This document shows positions 52,364-64,000 of a stretch of 64,000 bases of DNA, one piece after another; the first letter of the stretch is position 1; each line of letters starts with the position of its first letter. Where the stretch lies: NCBI RefSeq assembly GCF_006345805.1, contig NC_043011.1, positions 56,122,464 to 56,186,463 of the forward strand, written 5' to 3'. The translations under genes and the position numbers were made by a program. The notes under the pieces are model-generated. The model saw nothing but the letters and a program-made list of their open reading frames with translations. It was not told where the DNA came from and made no database searches. The DNA comes from Octopus sinensis (Eukaryota).

Positions 52364-52745
52364 GTGGAGGCGCAATGGCCCAGTGGTTAGGGCAGCGGAC
52401 TCGCGGTCGGAGGATCGCGGTTTCGATTCCCAGACCGGGCGTTGTGAGTGTTTATTGAGCGAAAACACCTAAAGCTCCACGAGGCTCCGGCGGGGGATGG
52501 TGGTGAACCCTTCGGTACTCTTTCACCACAACTTTCTCTCGCTCTTTCTCCCTGTTTTTCTTGTACCTGTATTTCAAAGGGCCAGCCTTGTCACACTTTG
52601 TGTCACGCTGAATCTCCTCGAGAACTACGTTAAGGGTACACGTGTCTGTGGAGTGCTCAGCCACTTGCACGTTAATATCACGAGCAAGCTGTTCCGTTGA
52701 TCGTATCAGCTGGGACCCTCATCGTCGCAACCGACGGAGTGCTCC
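52364..52745 (+). mobile_element. SINE family C1
   Basis: A box tggcccagtgg, B box ggtttcgattcc; TSD taatc(g/a)aacattc at 52350-62 and 52746-58. Confidence 0.92.
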
Positions 52746-52966
52746 TAATCAAACATTCCAAAAAGAACTATTTTCACCCAATAAAAGCAACGAACTCTCA
52801 AATTTGAAGTCAGTTTGTAAATGACAAGCACGAAACTCTAACTACTTGAGTCACTTTTATAACTCTACCGATTAAAAAAATAACGGGAATATATAATGCT
52901 TCGTTTTTGGTTTGTTTTGCAAGATTCTTTATATGAGTTCGTGTGTTGAAGCATATTCTATCGTGT

Positions 52967-53305
52967 ATGGAGGTGCAATGGCCCAGTGGTTAGGGCAGCG
53001 GACTCGCGGTCGGAGGATCGCGGTTTCGATTCCCAGACTGGGCGTTGTGTGTATTTATTGAGCGAAAACACCTAAAGCTCCACGAGGATCCGGCAGCGGG
53101 TGGCGGTGACTCCTGTTGTACTCTTTCGCTCCAACTTTCTCTCACTCTTTCTTCCTGTTTCTTGTCCCCGACTTCCTACGCAACCGCTGAGCCTGGATGC
53201 GCATTCATCCATCCGTCGATGCTCTCGGTATCGGGGGTTGACCTGCTTTCTCTTCTGCGGGTCTTACGAATAGCAAAGGACCACGTTTCGGACTTCTCCC
53301 ACAAC
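52967..53305 (+). mobile_element. SINE family C2
   Basis: Matches 20360-20720. Confidence 0.88.
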
Positions 53306-54688
53306 AGAGGCGCGATCTTGCGAGCTCTGGGACGAAGGCCGCTTCGCTCGACAGCAACAGCAATAGCAACAACAATAGAAATTATATTAGACAATGTATA
53401 GAAACACCCCAAAATAAAGTCACCTCTTAAACAAGCAAACTTATTTCATTTATTAATAAATTGCACAACGGAAGTACCTTTTCGTTACTCATAAAGTTGG
53501 AGTAGCTATGGGTTCTCTTGAACTCCCTACATTCCTAACTGTACTACAAAACAAATAATACCTAAACACAAACTCAAGATACGCAGACGATATAGGATTT
53601 GTAATGGCCATAATCGGAAAACGTTAAGAAATTTCAGATTTAGTCAACTACTCAGTTCTAAAACTTAACTTCCCCAAACAATACTAATACAATTCCATTT
53701 CAGATGAAATATACGATAGATACATTGCGCCAGTTTACATAAAATGCCCACAAACAAATACATACACCTGCGTGGAGATTGTGGATATCCGCATAACTAC
53801 AGAATGTCAGTGGTAACATCACTACATAAAAGAGGATTTAGAGATTTTTCGACAAATGAAACATAAAATAAAGAAACGCACACATTAAAACAAATGGAAC
53901 AAAACAGAATGACGGGAAACCGTTCATTGTCTCTTTCGAAACGACTCTATTGTTCACTGGTTGCACAATTATATGAATAAATAAATATGTTCTAGTTTAT
54001 ATATTGAGCTGCATCTTGGCAGACGACACATAACATTTCGCTGTCTTGGTTTCACTAGTTCTCATTGAAAGCCTTTCGTAGGTGCAGCTTACAGTTCTTG
54101 ACAACGGGATTACAGAATAATTAGATTATTCGCTAGCATGATGTACTTTGTTCAAATCCTCTGGCAGAAGAATTAAAATAACGACTCAACATAATCAGTT
54201 TATCCATGCACAACGGTGTGGTCGCAATATGAAGGATCAGAAATAAAATTACATCTTGACAGCATACAACGAACGCATTTCGGCCAACGTTATGTGGGGG
54301 CCTCTACAAAAATAACAGCCAATGTTCCTTTAAGTCAATCTTTATCTCCTTGAAAGAGGAACATTTTACTGGGTGTACGCTGAAAAATAAGATCGGGTGG
54401 TTACGGTGTTATCGGGTAGAAAAATAAAACAAGGTATTGCACTTTATTGATTTCACTATTTTCGCCAGAAAAAAATTGTCTTTTTTGGTTATTTTTGATA
54501 TAGCCATTATTGTGACATTTTTTCGCCTGTTGCTTTCTTTTCTTTCTTCTTGTAACGAATCATTGGAGACCAAAGAATTAATAATTATATTGTAGGACAA
54601 AGCGAAAGTAGTACGTTAGCAATACATCAGTGTATGTATGTATGTATGTATCTATCTATCTATCCACCTGTCTAATATCTACACACAC

Positions 54689-54719
<31 letters not shown>

Positions 54720-54740
<21 letters not shown>

Positions 54741-55271
54741 CTGAGAATGTGTGTCTGTCTGTCTGTGTGTTTCCCTAAAACTTGAGAACTACACAACCAA
54801 TTTCATTCAAATTTTACACATGCCTTACTTAGGGTCCATGTAGTGCAATGGGCAAAAAAACTTCTAACTTCTTGCCTAGGACGAGCCTACAACAATATCA
54901 TATCTTCTCTACTATTTCAGTATTACGTGTTAAAAGTAAAACAAAAACATCTCTCTATTGTAATGTCAGATACTTTCACACTGAAACTATTAAAGTCAAA
55001 CTATTATATAAGAGGGATGAACCATTAACATTGGACATCCATTTTGCCAAAAGAAGATCCGCTATGGTCTTGTATGCTACACCACTGGTTTTCAATACAT
55101 ATCAATCAAATTAATATTCAATTTCTCACCCTTATTATTTTAAATTTAAACCCAGAACCACGTGTTTTGGAACGAAGTTTGTTACCACACAGCCACACCT
55201 GCACCTATGTATGTGTGTGTGCATGTGTGTATAGCTGTATATGTATACATGTATATGAATAGATGTGTGTA

Positions 55272-55326
<55 letters not shown>

Positions 55327-56336
55327 TGTACACATATATATTCACATATATACATGCATACATATATACACGCATACACACATACGCACACACAGGTGCA
55401 GGTGTAGATGTGTGGTAACAAACTTCGTTCCAAAACACATGGTCCTCAGTTTAGTCCTACTGTGTAGTGACTTGGCATGTGTCTTCTGCTATAGCCTCAG
55501 ACCAACCAAAGCCTTGTCAGTGGATTTTGTAGACAGAAACTGAAAGAAATCAGTCGTATATATATGTATGTATATATGTAAGTCTGTGTGTGTGCCTTTG
55601 TGTTTCTCCCAAATCACTGCCTCACAACTGGTGTTCGTTTATTTACATCCCCATAACTTACTGGTTTCACAAGAAGAAACTGATAGAATAAGTACCAGGC
55701 TTATCAAAATAAAAAAAAAACACTAGGCAGTATCTCATATTTTTGCTTGCCCGCACAATTTATGTGTGTGTGTGTGTGTGAGAATGTGTGTCGGTCCGGT
55801 CCGGTCCGGTGATCTAACTCACGGCACTAGACATCATCTCGGCGGTCGTCGATTCCGGTCATGTCCGTTCCCCCGTCCGGATTCAGCACCCCTCGGGCGG
55901 CATCATTGGTGTGGCACCAGGTTCCCGTTTTTGCCGCACCTAGCGCTGTGTGGTAGCAGCACCAGAGAGAGGCATCAGGGTCCGGTCGCTCACACTTGAC
56001 GCTCATCGGACGGGCACGGATCTATATTTCTGTCAGGTAAACTCCCGGATCACCTTGGGAGTAGCGTCGATTCCGGTGGTGTCCCCGCAGGAGCAAAATC
56101 TTTTTAACAGGTTCAATAAAACTGGAATTTTGGAATATGCGCATAAAAATCAGTAATATGGGATATATGTGGCACGATTAGAATTTTTGTTAGGGTGTGT
56201 AAAGAGGGAAATAACCCTCATCTGCAATTTTGATGAAATTCGAAACATAGATATTCCAGTTCATTAGAGAAAATATAACAGAAAAGTCTAATTCTTCAAA
56301 TGTATGTAACACGGGCAACGCCGGGTATCTCTGCTA

Positions 56337-56337
<1 letters not shown>
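54720..56337 (+). mobile_element. Possible non-autonomous Helitron-like element (ends only)
   Basis: 5'-like tatatataa..gtgtgtctgtctgtctgtgtgt..aaccaatttcattcaaattt; 3' GC-rich acgggcaacgccgggta followed by CTAG|T at 56334-38. Linkage of the two ends is inferred. Confidence 0.45.
55395..55712 (+). mobile_element. Diverged family A SINE; inverted duplicate of its head at 55152-55205
   Basis: Both carry the same variant taacaaacttcgttccaaaacac. Confidence 0.7.
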
Positions 56338-56379
<42 letters not shown>

Positions 56380-56476
56380 ATATCGCTTTATCTATCTGTC
56401 TATGTAATCTCTTTCTCTCTCTCTCTCTCTCTCACAAACATACACACACAAACATACACAAACACACATTCACATA

Positions 56477-56511
<35 letters not shown>

Positions 56512-58310
56512 TACATACACACACACACATACATACACACATACATACATACATACATACATCCATACATACATACATCCATACATACATAACCCTTTTA
56601 CAAGGACAAGGGTGACAGTAATTTCAAAGTTTTGACTTAGTAGTCTTCGTCGGAGGCCGAAACTTCGAAATCACTGTCAAAATAGTATAGAGTAATTATA
56701 CAGTTTAACGTTAATTTTTTATTCTATTTTAAGAATCCATAATTCAGGAAAAAATAAGCATTCGTATATTTGTCAATAAATTGATTACATTAATCGAAGT
56801 ACACAGTATTATATATCCATTAGGGTCGATCTCATCAGTCGGCTTCGCACCGGAAGTTCAACGGGATGCTAGATAATAACGCGATTATGTAGTCCTGCGC
56901 TCTTCAGAGTTGGCAGTTATGGAAGAAAATATGACACCTTATTATCTATCATCATCATCATCATCATCATGGTCATTAACATCAGCAGAACCATTACCAC
57001 TACTATTACCCTTCCCTCTCCCCTTTCTTTATTACCGTAATGTTTCCGCTTCTTCCGATTTACCTCTGTTGTTATCGTTCGGCACTTAGCGAATTTCAGT
57101 CGACGATTTCATCCCCAAACGAAGTTCTTCAATGACGAATTCAATCTTCTAATTTATCCAAGAAAACTTAAAAAGCAATATTTGGTCACCCGTTATTATG
57201 GTTGTACTAGAAGTTTTTCATAGCAGCCGTGTCTCAGATTATAATAGCGCCAACGTTGATTTTATGTGGGTTTTTTTTACAGAATATAACACCATATCCT
57301 GCTCTAGTTCAGACCAGTTGTTTCCTGTTGGGGCAAAGGAAGAAGATACGCCGCTCTACTTAAATTTTCCTTCAAATTAATGTTGAAATTAATGTTCAGG
57401 TTTTGCCGTAACGTTTGGAACTAATTCTGTAATAGAATAGTTTAAAAGTTTGTTTTTACAATCAAGAGGTCTTAGGTTCGATCGCACTACGCGGCATATT
57501 AGGCCAGCATATTGCACCATAGCTTCAGGTTGATGTAAAGACGATGTGAGCGAAATTGGCAAATATTTCTTTATCTTGGCGAGTTGTATTATTCTTTTTG
57601 CATGCATCGAGTTGAATGCAGTGAATTGGGCGCAACATCACCAGCATACTCAATTAGAACATGGAAATGTGATTAATAACATAGATGTCAAGATACTATC
57701 AACACATAGAACAGACATGACACTTAGATTACAGAGGCCACACACATATTGATAGACAGACTAAGCCGCAACAGAAAACATGAATGGAATAATAACACCC
57801 CTCCACTCCACCACTCCATCACACTACGCAGCCTGATGACTAAAGACAGAACGAGAAGGAAAAACAGACGCAGATACAAACAATATGCTACATAAACCCA
57901 TACACACACACACACGAGACACACATACATATACTAAAGACGGAATAAGAGAAACGAATAAGTAAATAAATGAATAAAAAATAACTAAGCAAAAAAACAC
58001 GGGTACAAACAGTGTAGTAAGCAAACCGAAATACACGCTCGTAAAACACACATACTCAACATATACACAGGCATATACGCATACGCACACAGACTGTCTC
58101 ACACACACTCATACAGATTCATGCGCAGATAAGGATACACGCCACAGAAAGATAGAAAGGACTGAACAAAACAGGAGGCGACACTTGGAATGGAGAATTG
58201 TTGAAGAGGTCACAGGATGTGTGACGAAAGATTTCAGACAAAGAATAATAATGATAATAATAAAGCTGAAAGGAAGACCAAATATAGACCAAATCTCCGA
58301 ATATAGCAAT

Positions 58311-58343
<33 letters not shown>

Positions 58344-58529
58344 TACATACATACATACATACATACATACATACATACATACACACATACACATACATAC
58401 ATACATACATACATATATACATGCACACATCATACATACATACACACATACATACATACATACATACATACATACATACATACATACATACATACATACA
58501 TACATACACACATCATACATACATACACA

Positions 58530-61500
58530 CAAGGTAAGGTAATCGAGGTAATCGAGGTAGTCAGAGTAAGTGACAGAGTAATTAAAATTAGATTAGTTCT
58601 TCACCATAGGACAGCTACCATCATCTCGGCATATGCCCCTCAACCAGGGCTACCGGAAGGACAAAAAGACCAATTCTATGACACCCTATTGCGGACTACC
58701 TCATTGACAAATGACAGTGATCTTCTCTTCGTGGCAGGTGATTTCAATGGACATGTTGGACGACATGTCGGGGGCTTCCATGGCGTCCATGGAGGCTACG
58801 GTTTTGGCTCTCGAAATGAGGAGGGAACCAGGCTGCTGGAGTTCTGCGATGCAAATGACCTTATGGTCTGCAATACCCACTTCAGGAAACCCACCTCTCA
58901 CCTAGTCACCTACCGTTCTGGCAGACACACCAGCCAGATTGACTACATCCTTGCCAGAAAAAGGGAAAGAGGGCTGATTATAAATGCCAAAACCTTCCCG
59001 GGCGAAGAATGTACTCCCCAACATAGATTAGTAGTTAGCGACTTCAGGATCAGAGCTAAATGGTTGCCCAGAAGAAGACCAGCTTGGAGGAGAAGGGTCT
59101 GGAAGCTTAAAGATCCTGCAAATTGACAGAGATTTAGAGACATACTACTCCAAGCCTCTGACGAAATAGAAGGGGATATAGCTTCACTTAATGTGGAAGA
59201 CAACTGGAGATTCCTACGGGACAATCTGCTGACAGCCACTGACCAGATCTGTGGATGGAGCAAAGTACCATCTCGACCCAGAGTAACATGGTGGTGGAAC
59301 ACTGTGGTTGACAGGGCTATTAGACAAAAGAGACAGGCTTGGAAGGACTGGAAGAACGGTGGTAGCAGGGAATTGTATCAGACAGCCAAAAGGGAAGCTA
59401 GGAGACAGGTTTATTTAGCCAGAGGGGAAGCGGATAAGAAAAAATTTGCCAATGTTCTGAGCCGTGTTGCAAGACAGTGTGTGAGAGAGAATCGTGATGT
59501 GGTAGGAGAGAAGTGTGTTCGCATGGATGATGGTTCACTTGCGCTAAATGAGGATGCAAAGAGAGAGGTTTGGAGATGCCACTATGAAAGGTTGCTGAAT
59601 AAAGAAAATGAATGGGATAAAGAGAGTCTGCCGAATGTTGACCCAACAGAGGGACCAGCTATCCGAGTTGATAGTTCCGTGGTAGCTAAGGCAATTAGAA
59701 GCATGAAGACAGGGAAAGCCCCAGGCCCATCAGGATTACTGCAGAGATGCTCAAAATATCTGGCAGTGTCGGCTATAACCTAGTCACCCGTATAGTCAAC
59801 CAGGTGATACACGAAGGAGTCATACCCAATGACTGGTGTAGCAGCATACTAGTCAACTGCTACAAAGGTAAAGGTGATACCCTAGATACAAATAATTACA
59901 GAGGTATCAAGCTGTTGGATCAGGTAATGAAGGTTACGGAGAGGGTCATAGCCCAACTAATTAGAGAGAGAGTTAGTTTAGATGAGATGCAGTTTGGGTT
60001 TGTCCCAGGGAAAAGCACTACTGATGCTATATTCCTGGTAAGGCAGCTGCAGGAGAAATACCTAGCCAAAGATAAGCCCCTGTACCTGGCTTTCGTTGAC
60101 ATGGAGAAAGCCTTTGATAGGGTCCCCCGATCCCTCATCTGGTGGTCAATGAGGAAACTAGGGATAGATGAATGGCTGGTGAGGGCTGTGCAAGCCATGT
60201 ACAGAGATGCCGTAAGTAAGGTTAGAGTTGGCAACATGTACACAGAAGAATTCAAGTAGAGGTTGGGGTCCACCAGGGTTCAGTACTCAGCCCCCTCCTA
60301 TTTATCATAGTCCTCCAGGCAATTGTGGAGGAATTCAAGACAGGTTGCCCCTGGGAGCTCCTCTATGCTGACGACCTCGCTCTAATTGCTGAGTCACTAT
60401 CAGAACTGGAGGAGAAGTTCCAGGTGTGGAAGGAGGGTTTAGAATCGAGGGGCCTTAGAGTCAACCTAGCTAAAACCAAAGTACTAATAAGTAGAAAGGT
60501 AGACAATCCACAAATATCCTCAGGAAGATGGCCCTGCTCGATCTGTAGAAAAGGTGTAGGTAGAAACTCTATAGATGTAGAAAAGGTGTAGGTAGAAACT
60601 CTATAAGATGTACCAGTGTAAGCTATGGACACATAAGAGGTGCAGCAATGTCAAAGGTAGGCTAACTGGGAAGATAGTTTTTGTATGTGGCAGATGCTCT
60701 GGAGCATTGACCTCCGAAAATCTGCAGAAAACAACTTCCGTCACTTCCGGGGGAAAAACTAGAAGTAGTTGATAGCTTCCGTTATCTAGGCGACCAAGTC
60801 AGTAGTGGGGGTGGGTGCGCTGAAAGTGTAACTGCTAGAATAAGAATAGCCTGGGCAAAGTTTAGGGAGCTCTTACCTCTGCTGGTGACTAAAGGCCTCT
60901 CGCTCAGAGTAAAAGGCAGACTGTATGATGCATGTGTACGAACAGCTATGCTACATGGCAGTGAAACATGGGCCGTGACTGCTGAGGACATGCGTAAGCT
61001 CGTGAGGAACGAAGCCAGTATGCTCCGATGGATGTGTAATGTCAGTGTACTTACTCGACAGAGCGTTAGTACCTTGAGAGAAATGTTGTACCTAAGCAGC
61101 ATCAGTTGTGGTGTGCAAGAGAGACGATTGCGCTGGTATGGTCATGTGGCGAGAATGGATGAAGATAGGTGTGTGAGAAAGTGCCAATCCCTAGCAGTTG
61201 AGGGAACCCGTGGAAGAGGTAGACCCAGGAAAACCTGGGACGAGGTGGTGAAGCACGACCTTCGGACGTTAGGTCTCACTATGGAAATGACTAGAGACCG
61301 AGACCTATGGAAGTATGCTGTGCGTGAGAAGACCCGGCAAGACTAGTGAAGCCATAATCCGTGGCCCCTACCTGGGACGTAGTCAGTCCACCTGTGCATA
61401 CCTTCCTTCTTGTGACACTTGTGAAGACCTGTTGAGGCAAATGAGAATCAAATCAAATCAAATCAAATCGAACCAAATCAAAATAGATGAACATCAATGG

Positions 61501-61970
61501 AAATTGTATCCTTGTGGTACCAGTGCCGGTGGCACATAAGAAAACCATCCGAACGTGACCGTAGCCAGTACCGCAACGACTAGCCTCCGTGCTGAGGGCA
61601 CGTAACAAACACCATCCGAGCGTGGCCGTCCGCCAGCCTCGTCTGGCACCTGTGTCGGTGACACATAAGAAAACACCATCCGAGCGTGGCCGTCAGCCAG
61701 CCTCGTCTGGCACCTGTGGCGGTGGCACATAAAAAACACCATCCGAGCGTGGCCGTCTGCCAGCCTCGTCTGGCACCTGTGTCGGTGGCACATAAAATCA
61801 CCCACTACACTCTCGGAGTGGTTGGCGTTAGGAAGGGCATCCAGCTGTAGAAACGCTGCCAGATCTGACTGGCCTGGTGCAGCCTTCGGGCTTGCCAGAC
61901 CCCAGTTGAACCGTCCAACCCATGCTAGCATGGAAAGCGGACGTTAAACGATGATGATGATAATGATGAT
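58530..61970 (+). mobile_element. RTE-clade LINE, 5'-truncated (AP endonuclease + RT + 3'UTR)
   Basis: SAYAPQ, GDFNGHVG, QIDYIL, DHRL-like QHRLVV; NYRGIKLL, QFGFVPGKSTTDA, DMEKAFDRV, ELLYADDL, RLRWYGHVARM; tail (GAT)n. Few stops and frameshifts. Confidence 0.95.
61611..61797 (+). repeat. Three 63-64 bp tandem repeats in the RTE 3'UTR
   Basis: accatccgagcgtggccgtc.gccagcctcgtctggcacctgtg.. starts at 61611, 61675 and 61738. Confidence 0.92.
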
Positions 61971-62420
61971 ACACACATACATAGATACACACATACATAC
62001 ATACATACAAACATACATACATACACACATACATACATACATACATACATACATACACACATACATACATACACACATACATACACACACACACATACAT
62101 ACATACATACATACGTACATACATACACACATCATACATACATACATACACACACATACATACATACATACACACACACTCACACACACACACATACATA
62201 CAAACACACACAGATACATACATACACACATACATATATACATACATACATACACACACGCATATACTTACATACATACACACACACATACATACATACT
62301 TACATACATACACACACACAGATACTAACAGACATACACACACATACATACATACATACATACACACATACATACATACATACATACATACATACATACA
62401 TACATACATACATACATACA

Positions 62421-62454
<34 letters not shown>

Positions 62455-62466
62455 CATACATACATA

Positions 62467-63600
62467 ACGATGGCCGTCTACTCGTGACCGAAGAACACCA
62501 TTGCTGACCTTTAAGAACATTATACGATCTAGAACTAACTTATATTTTGCATTTGCAGCTCCGTTGCTGGCTAATGAGTCCTACTCTTGACAAGCAGACA
62601 TGACTGCAAACTTTGCAGACCACGCTTTCCCCATTCACAACACACTAGCAGTGCGCTTTCGAGCAGCACGCTTCAGTTCTTCATGCAGAATACGTGCTCT
62701 TTCAAAGGTGTCCACCCACTCCTTAACCTGCTTCCTATACCTGTGGTGATGACAGGCATTGCTCTCCCAGTTGGTCTCCTGCATATCACAGGCCTTTAAT
62801 GAGGACTTGACACAGTCCTTAAATTGCAGCCTTTGTTTCTGTCGGGGTCTCTTTCCACTAACAAGTTCCCAATATAGCATCTGTTTAGGGATCCTGATAT
62901 CCTTCATTCCAATAAGGTGTCCAGTCCAACGTAACCGGTGCTTGTGCCCCATCGCCTCAATACTCAAGATATCAGCTTTCCTCAGGACTTGTGTGCCTGG
63001 AGTTCTTATGGTCCAGCCAACGTTCAGACATCTGTCTCAGACATCGCTGATGAAAGCGTTCAAGAACTTTTACATGACGTTTGTAAAGGGTCCATGTCTC
63101 ACATGAGTAAAGGAACGATGTCAGTATACATACACGGTACACAGCAATTTTTATTTGACTTGTGATGCCTTGCGGGGACCAGACACAAAACTGAAGAGAC
63201 CGGAAGGAATCAGTTGCTCTCTGTAGCCTGAAAGATATTTCATCATCCAGGGAGCAAGAACGGCTGAGTGTGCTGCCCAAGTAGACAAACTTGTCTACCA
63301 CATCCAGTATTGTTCCTTCAACCAAGATAGCTGGTTCCACAGATAGATTTTTTCCTGTTGCAGGCTGGAAGACTACAACAGTCTTGTCCAGGCTAAAGCT
63401 GAGTCCAAATGCCCTGCAAGAAGCAGAAATACGATCCATAAGTATTTGCATGTCGTCCACTGTGTGAGTGACTGAGTCACAGTCATCTGCGTAAAGGAGG
63501 TCACGAATAAGAGACTGGAAAACTTTTGAATTGGCAGCAAATGGAAGCAGATTAAAGAGGCGACCAGAAGATCGATACCTGACATAAATTCCCAGAGAGC
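62467..63600 (-). mobile_element. RTE (BovB-like) LINE 3' portion
   Basis: IRDLLYADD, FVYLGSTLS, LYSCETWTLY, RLRWTGHL, terminal CKVCSHVCLSRVGLIS; (ATGT)n tail. Confidence 0.92.
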
Positions 63601-63638
63601 TAACTTTAGCAAAAGCATGAGTAAAAGCAGAAGCAGCA

Positions 63639-63900
63639 GTGGAGGCGCAATGGCCCAATGGTTAGGGCAGCGGACTCGCGTGCGTAGGATCGCGATTTCG
63701 TTGTGTGCATTTTTTGAGCGAAAACGCCTAAAGCTCCACGAGACTCCGGCAGGGGGTGGTGGCAACCCCTGTTGTACACTTTCGCTCCAACTTTCTCTCA
63801 TTCTTTCTTCCTATTTCTTGTCCACGACTTCCTTCGCAACCGATGAGCCAGGAATGCGCATTCATCCATCCGTCGATGCTCTCGGTGTCGGGAGTTGACC
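63639..63900 (+). mobile_element. SINE family C2, partial
   Basis: Family-C head and C2 body. Confidence 0.85.
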
Positions 63901-64000
63901 TGTAGCAATATCTGTAGCAATATGTGTAGCAATATCTGATGGCCTGGTCGGTCACGTTGATCACGGTGATATTTATTAGATTATCTTAATTCTACTTTAA

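Noticed and set aside
52364-52440. tRNA genes at SINE heads
   Set aside because: A and B boxes are present but there is no complete cloverleaf; heads continue into SINE bodies with TSDs.
61611-61797. CRISPR-like array (also the SINE trimers)
   Set aside because: Eukaryotic context, no unique spacers; these are simple tandem units.

Overview
AT-rich, repeat-dense eukaryotic DNA. The SINE, LINE and microsatellite content and the neuropeptide sequence point to a coleoid cephalopod, probably an octopus; this is inference. Almost every ORF in the supplied track is a microsatellite or transposon artefact. One host gene was found that the track misses: a + strand CCAP-like (crustacean cardioactive peptide family) neuropeptide precursor. 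Its signal-peptide exon is 23750-23854. After a ~21.4 kb intron, exon 45298-45492 encodes [16 protein letters not shown]..., giving a 99-aa precursor. It has a candidate E-box/CRE/TATA promoter, a candidate 54-nt cassette exon and a candidate terminal 3'UTR exon at 51324. The rest is mobile-element debris: tRNA-derived SINEs (many with TSDs, two as head-to-tail trimers), RTE and Dong/R4 LINEs, maT, mariner and Tc1 transposons, MITEs, Helitron and Penelope-like remnants, long palindromes, a candidate minimal hammerhead ribozyme and a ~2.1 kb (TTA/CTA)n array. Family names come from recalled motifs, not database searches. Repeat boundaries without a TSD are approximate.
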